DNA of 59,544 nt, filler included, from Sphacelaria rigidula (taxonomy: Eukaryota): assembly GCA_964200075.2 (NCBI GenBank). It is 7 parts of 7 records of this genome, joined end to end, with 100 filler letters (N's around TTAATTAATTAA, not from the genome) between each part and the next. Parts side by side here need not be neighbours in the genome. Positions count along the whole stretch, not along the records: positions 51,125 to 59,544 come from CAXNAA020011203.1; 6 more parts are not named here. One strand, 5' to 3'. Positions within the stretch are counted from its first letter, which is position 1; each line of letters begins with the position of its first letter. Made by a program: the position numbers and the translations under genes. Below the pieces are notes generated by a model. The model was not told the origin of the DNA and made no database searches. It saw only the letters and a list, made by a program, of their open reading frames with translations. Of this stretch, positions 53,771 through 59,544 are shown piece after piece.

Positions 53771-53984
53771 GGTACATCAGTTTCCGAGTTGGCCCAACCT
53801 CTCGCATTCATTCCTAGCCAGGTACGAAAACGGGCCATTCTCTCCGCCATTTCCATCTTAGATTCCTCCCGAGCTGTTGCTCTTGTTATGCCAGCGAGGG
53901 AGAGGTGATTCCATAAAGGTTTACGAGCTGGGCCGCCAAGAAGCCACCAGGAATGTTGAAACGCATTTCCTCCGCTCCATTTTG

Positions 53985-54500
53985 AATCGTTTTCGATGAG
54001 ATTTTGACACGAGGTACAGGACGTATGTGCGAATACCGAACATTTCCCCGTATGTTTTTGATTTTCTTCTTCGTGAGTTATTGGCAATTTTGTTCCAAAA
54101 AATGTTCTGAAATGTTCCGTCACCAATAACTCACGTAGGGAAAAAAAAAACACGGGGGGGAATATTCGATATTAGCACATACTTCCTGTACATCGTGTCA
54201 GAATTTTATCGAAAATGATCCAAAATTGAGCAAAGAAATGCATCATTCCGTCGACAACCGGTTACTATCGTATATGGAGGTGAACCAGTCACGAATGATT
54301 CAAACGCATCAATGCTGTTCAATTTCAGGCTATTTTCGATGAGATTTTGACACGATGTACAGGACGTATGTGCGAATACCGAACCGTTCCTCTCATGTTT
54401 TTTATTCTCTTCTTCGTGAGTTATTGGCAATTTTGTTCCGGAAAAAAACTGTTCTGAAATGTTCCGTCGCCAATAACTCACGAAGAAAGACAACCACACG
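53985..54500. repeat. ~165-bp direct repeat pair, probably DNA-transposon subterminal sequence
   Basis: TTTTCGATGAGATTTTGACACGA.GTACAGGACGTATGTGCGAATACCGAAC...CCAATAACTCACG occurs at ~53990 and ~54333. Confidence 0.75.
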
Positions 54501-55765
54501 GGAGGAACGAAGGGGTGTTTGCACATACGCCCGGTGCATCATGTCAAAATTTCATCGAAAACGACTACATATTGAGCTCGGGAATTGTGCTACAGCTTGT
54601 GCGGCACCAGGCGGCACAAAACTGACCGTAACCGAAAATTCCATCTCAGCCGTTTTCTTTTGGCCAATTCCGCCGGACATAGTACCCTCAACTCTTTACA
54701 CTTTCGCACTTGGCTATATTTTGATATTTCGTTTAAAGAGACCTTGTCGGATCGCAGTGCTACAGTACATGAATTTGAAGACGCGCGCTGATTTGCCGAT
54801 TACCACGATGTGTCATCGTAGGCACTACTCGCGATACATCGTCAGTTAGAAAGGGCTGAAGGAAAGTGAGCTTCTTAGGCGGCCCAGCCTGTATGGACTG
54901 CTGGGGTGGTCATGATCTAGTAATCGATAGCAGAGTCCAGTGCAAACAATGGGGGACAGGCGAGTTGACCTCTTGAGACCACCAGCTTGCCCCGACGCAG
55001 GGGATAGGGTTGTAAAACAAAAGGGGGTACTTCTAGGCCAGACCGATTCCCTGCAGCGCTGTGCTGAAGGTGTACCTGGGTGTCGACACTGCGCGTTCGG
55101 GCGGGGGCGGCGTTTGCTGTCCTGCGCTTCTACAGCACGGCCGTATTTCGGGCGAATATCGCAAGGTAGCAAGGGAACAGAAAAGAAGAGAGGGGGTCGA
55201 GCACACAGCAGCCGAACAGAAACACGAGTCAGGGTAGATATGATGAAAGAAGAGGGGTGTGAAGTTTTGCCTACTCGAGTAGGTCACGGACGAGCACAAG
55301 TCTACGTTAAAAACACGACACAAGCATAAAATCTGGACAATGACTTGTCTGTGAATATTCCAACCCGGAATATCATCTCGTGCTTGCGGAAAACACAACC
55401 GTGGAATTAACCAACAAAAAACAACGGAGGGAACGTGCAAGCGTGCCCGTGGGCGCCATCGAGCCTCACCGAGATAGTGGCGTATATTTCGAACGTCAAT
55501 CAACGTGCATGACAGCCGAAACATTTTGGCATGCACGACTTGAACAAAAACAATTTCAGGAAGTGCTGCAGATTAGCACGGTGGGAGGTAACAACAACAA
55601 CAACAGAACTAAAGCGATCCACTCACCCTCAGCACTATGATCCAATCGCCTCTTCACGGGCGTTACCGCGACGCACCCCACAACCGACAACGCCGCCTCT
55701 GTCCCCCTCTCGTTCCCAGCACAGGGTACCCCGACCCCATGTCCGCCCCCGGCCATCGCCATTAC

Positions 55766-58700
55766 CTGGGGCATATTCCCTCCAGGGTCACCAACAACTC
55801 CCCCCATCGCAACGATGGTGCCTTGCCCTCCACCCCCGCCCGCGGTACCCCCGGCATCATGCTGCTGCTGCTGCTGCTGCCCAACCAACGGACCACCCAT
55901 TACTCCGTGCTGAGTCCCAGCAGCACCAGAGCTCCCAATATCGGTTCCAGGAACGTTCTCGGGGGCGTTTCCGATACCGGCTCCACCAACGTTCATAACA
56001 TTTCCGGGAACGTTCTCGATGCCATTCCCAGGAGCGTTCCCGATGCCGGTTACGACTGCGTTCTCTAGAAGGTTCTCGGCGATGTTCCCCGTGCCGTGCG
56101 CAGGAACATTCTCCATATTGTTGCCGGGGATGTTCGCCATGCCGTTTGTAGGAAAGTTCACCATGTCGTGTCCAGGAACGCTGCCCGACCCGGGAGCTGA
56201 CGAGAGAACGGGGGGTTGAGGCGTCGATGTTCCCGTCAGTTGCTGCGACGGCTGGTGTTGTTGTTGCTGCTGCGACTGCGGCTGTGGCTGTGGCTGCTGC
56301 GGTAAATAATGCTGAGGTTGAGTGGCCATTTGCTGTAAGGGTATCTGACTGTTCGTGACAGCTAGTCCCGGCATCAACGCCGAGGCGTTTTCCACTACCG
56401 GTAAAGAAGCGAGAAGACGCGGAGGAACAGTTGTGCGTACGTTGTACTCAGACGCGCGGAGGAGACATTTTTTTTCATCATTTGCCGATCATGTGGTAAG
56501 CTTGCAGAGTTAGCTGATAAGGCTCAAACTCCCGGGCGTGCACAAGTCGTCCGGTTTCTCTAGATTCGATCCTGAAATCACTTGCCACACGAACGTAACA
56601 GCCATCATTTTCGACTCCAGACTCCAGTCCCATCCCCCGTCGCGACGAATGGTACCGGTGCTCCTATCTGAATACTTTCATCTAGATGATCCTATCTAAA
56701 TTATGGACGACTCTGTTAACGTGGCGGGTCTGCCTGCTGAGATCATGAGTTTCGAGAATATTTTGGGAGCGGACCCACGCAAGCTACCGACCTAGACGGA
56801 GTCTCGTGGACCAGCGCGGGAGAGCTGCGCCAAGTGGAAGTTGGCCCTCGTCGAGTGCGCCGGAGGAACTGGGCTTCACCCCTTGATGAAAGGGAACTTT
56901 GTCGCCTGCCACGGCCGACCACTGCTCCAGTGAGGCAAACGCCAAGCCCATCAGGAGTACGCCGACGCCCAAAATCGCTGTGTTCCATGCTCGTAAAAGC
57001 CACGTGTGGGTCTGCGACCGCAATAGTAGAGCTCCGCGAGGTGCTTGATAGCCGCCGGGTTGATATGACCCAGCGCGTCGTGCTACGCCTTGACCACTGC
57101 TGCCGTTGATGCTTGTTGGCAAACATAGCGTGAGTTGGACTCCCTTGTTCATTTCGCATGTCACGCAATTCCTCCAGCGGCGAGAACGAGTTCTTTTTTC
57201 TCCACGAGCTCGATCTTCAGGTTTTCTTTGCGACCCGAATATAGCGGCCTTCGCCTAAAGCCCCGACATCCCAGATGTTCCCCATCGCGGCGGATGATGC
57301 CGGTGCTTAGGAGTTCGCACATGAATCCCGGAACGTGCAATACGTCCTCGCCCCCACAACGATTATGGGCCCGAGCGTTTCCTGCGAGGTGATCTCACAG
57401 CGCCAAAAATCTGATAGCCGATGCCCGCAGTTGGCCTTTGTTTCCATACGTACATACGCGGTCGATAGTGTGCGTTACCGTGAGATGATCTAACCACGGG
57501 GTCATGTCTGTGTTGGCCCCGGAGTCGCACAGGATGGAGATCTTCTCCCTACGATCGGTAGACGTCGCCACGGCTGTCTCTGCGAGCCTGGTGAAAACCT
57601 CTTTCTCACACGCGATCATGTTCCATCATTATGAGATACTCCTCTCAAGCCTTTCTCCGCCCGTCGCTCCGTGCGTTCTTCCGTAACGGCGCGAAGTCCC
57701 GCACCTGTGTCGTACCCGCCGGTCGAATTGAGGTGGCGTGCCGCTTACTGTAGATACTACGCCACTTGTGACTACTTTTGAGGTAGTATGTGCGCCGGCT
57801 CTCTTCGAGTCCACCGAGCCCCCTCTAGCCCGCCTGAAATGCCATGGACTCAGCACTAATCTGTTTGTCAGTCGACATGCTCGGCGAGGCGAAGACGGCC
57901 GCCAGTTCCACCTGACCATACTTCGTGTCGGACAGGGCACAAAATACCTGGGATGGTGCATCCTGGATCCCAAGCAGGACGGCCGCCTGCTCGGTTGTCT
58001 CAGGCTTCGTCTTCCCTTTTGTCTCGAACATTGACCAGGTGTGTTCGAGCTTGATGGTAAAGTCGGTCGCATCCTTTTGCTGCCGTGCAATGGGGCTCTC
58101 CAGGCCTTGCCTACAGCGAGAGCAGCTGGACGGACCGCCCATTTGGCGCCTTCCCGCTCAAGGAGTGTTCTAGTTCCTAGGCTACCGTGCCGTCTGTGAA
58201 GGCAGCGTCCTCGTGGAGCTCTACGATTGCGGTTGCAGACCCACACGTAGCTTTTACGAGCAGGAAGCACAGCGATCGTGGGCGTTGGCGTACGCCTGAT
58301 GGGCTTGGCGTTTGCCTCACTGGAACAGTGGTCGGCCGTGGCAGACGACAAATTTTTCTTAAATCAAGGGGTGAGCCCAGCTCCTCCGGCGCACTCGACG
58401 AGGGCCAACTTCCAGTTGGCGCAGCTCTCCCGCATTTGTCCACGAGATTCCGTCTAGGTCGGTAGCTTGCGCGGACCCGCTCCCAAAATATTCTCAAGAC
58501 TCATGATCTTAGCCGGCAGACTCGTCACGTTAACCGGCTCTTTGTCACCCAATGTCCTTCGTCAACACTCAACCCCGCACCGCATTACATTTTGGGGGAG
58601 GGAAAATATCTAGCATACACCATTCTTTGTCGAAGCTAGATATATCTCAGACGCCCTCAATCGCAAAAAGTGGACTCGAGACACTCAATTTCTGCAAGCA

Positions 58701-59018
58701 ACATGGTGAGTCCTGAAAACGTACATGGACAAAAGATCTTCAAAAGGTGGGGTATCTTAGCCCACTGTCGAATCTTCAACATCGAAATTCACGTCCAAAT
58801 ATTTTATCTGGTGAAGCCACCAAAGTCAGCGATGCTTGTTCAAGAAAGCGTTACTCTTGGTATGCTTCCGAATACCTACCGGACAAGAGAAGCAGCTCCT
58901 TCTTTTGCAGCTGGGCCTCTTTGGTCTGCAGCGCCTCCAGCTGGCCCATCAGCTTGTCTTTGTCAGTGATGCCCAGGTAGACCCCTTGTCCGTTGAGAGC
59001 TAGCTCCACGCTTTCGAT
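55766..59018 (-). CDS. Partial unknown protein: coiled-coil exon 59018-58880 and Gln/Gly/Asn/Pro-rich exon 56394-55766
   Basis: CAG|ATC...CCG|GTAGGT (phase 1) joins TAG|TGG...CAG|GTAATG. Peptide IESVELALNGQGVYLGITDKDKLMGQLEALQTKEAQLQKKELLLLS-VENASALMPG... contains ~8-aa NxPGNxxE repeats. Confidence 0.65.
56715..58534 (-). mobile_element. Decayed Ty1/copia gag-protease-preintegrase fragment with an inverted duplication of its gag 5' end
   Basis: Minus-strand motifs: gag-like LLVKATCGSATAIVE..DG, protease ILCDSGANTDM and DVLHVPG..LLS, GAG-pre-integrase (W>stop)HDALGHINPAAIKHL. Arms 56715-57041 and 58209-58534 are reverse complements. Confidence 0.85.
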
Positions 59019-59213
59019 CTGACATGCAGAAGAGCAGGCACGACACCAAAAGCACGAGAACGCCTCTTCACGTCTGATCCATTGATTTTCATGAATTCGT
59101 CTCCTATCAGCTAACCAGCTGCGATATACCCGTCAGTGGTGGTGACAAGAGAGATACACTCAACGTCAACGCCTGAAAACTCTCAGAGCAAACATTTGGG
59201 GGGGGGGGGACAA

Positions 59214-59214
<1 letters not shown>

Positions 59215-59285
<71 letters not shown>
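59215..59285. repeat. (AAC)n microsatellite
   Basis: More than 20 perfect AAC units following a poly-G run. Confidence 0.97.
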
Positions 59286-59419
59286 AAACAACATGTGAGC
59301 ATGACCAAAAGCAAAAGGGGCGTACTGTGAGAACCCCCACATAAAAAATGTACAAATTCTCACAAGTGCCTATCGCAAAATTCCATTTTGACACTTGCGA
59401 CACCATGAGATAGTTCGTA

Positions 59420-59465
59420 CGCTTCACGAACAGAAGGTCCCCGGTTCAAATCCCGGATCCCACCA
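59420..59465 (+). pseudogene. tRNA 3'-half-like remnant
   Basis: CAGAAGGTCCCCGGTTCAAATCCCGG T-arm/B-box; no credible 5' half. Confidence 0.35.
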
Positions 59466-59544
59466 TAATGGCGGGGGGGGGGAAAGGTGGATACCTTCTG
59501 AAGCAGTGTTCCACGGTTAGGACAAATCATCATGACTCAAAATC

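Noticed and set aside
54811..55320. Solo LTR (TGTCAT...ACGACA)
   Set aside because: The ends are plausible, but there is no matching TSD and no second copy in the window.
57361..57375. Copia primer-binding site (GATTATGGGCCCG)
   Set aside because: It is on the opposite strand to the element and inside the protease coding region, with no adjacent LTR.
56715..58534. DIRS-type retrotransposon or a normal LTR pair
   Set aside because: The repeats are inverted and made of gag coding sequence, the interior has copia protease/pre-integrase motifs, and no tyrosine recombinase is seen.
59107..59427. Poly-Q, poly-V and poly-L ORFs
   Set aside because: They are translations of the (AAC)n microsatellite.

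Overview
This window is not one locus. It is seven unrelated eukaryotic scaffolds of almost identical length (8421, 8421, 8421, 8421, 8420, 8420, 8420 bp), sorted by size and joined by an artificial 100-bp N44-TTAATTAATTAA-N44 linker. The short GT-AG exons, kb-long introns and repeat landscape suggest a brown alga (Ectocarpus-like); this is inference. Manual splicing recovers five fragmentary host genes that the ORF track largely misses: a Ser/Thr/Asp-rich protein with a bulb-lectin-like C-terminus (scaffold 2), a VOC/glyoxalase (methylmalonyl-CoA-epimerase-like) gene with a probable mitochondrial presequence (scaffold 3), a SAM-domain gene (scaffold 4), the 3' part of UTP23 (scaffold 6) and a coiled-coil plus Gln/Gly/Asn-rich gene (scaffold 7). 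Most of the rest is transposon-derived. It includes a chromodomain Ty3/gypsy element with both LTRs and a TSD but a deleted RT core, a decayed RTE-like LINE, 3' ends of a second LINE family with C-rich tails, tRNA-derived SINEs and many MITEs, several with intact TSDs. The most unusual structure is a fold-back Ty1/copia fragment inside a host intron (~325-bp inverted gag arms, microhomology junction), a candidate hairpin-siRNA source. No prokaryotic system or true CRISPR array is supported.
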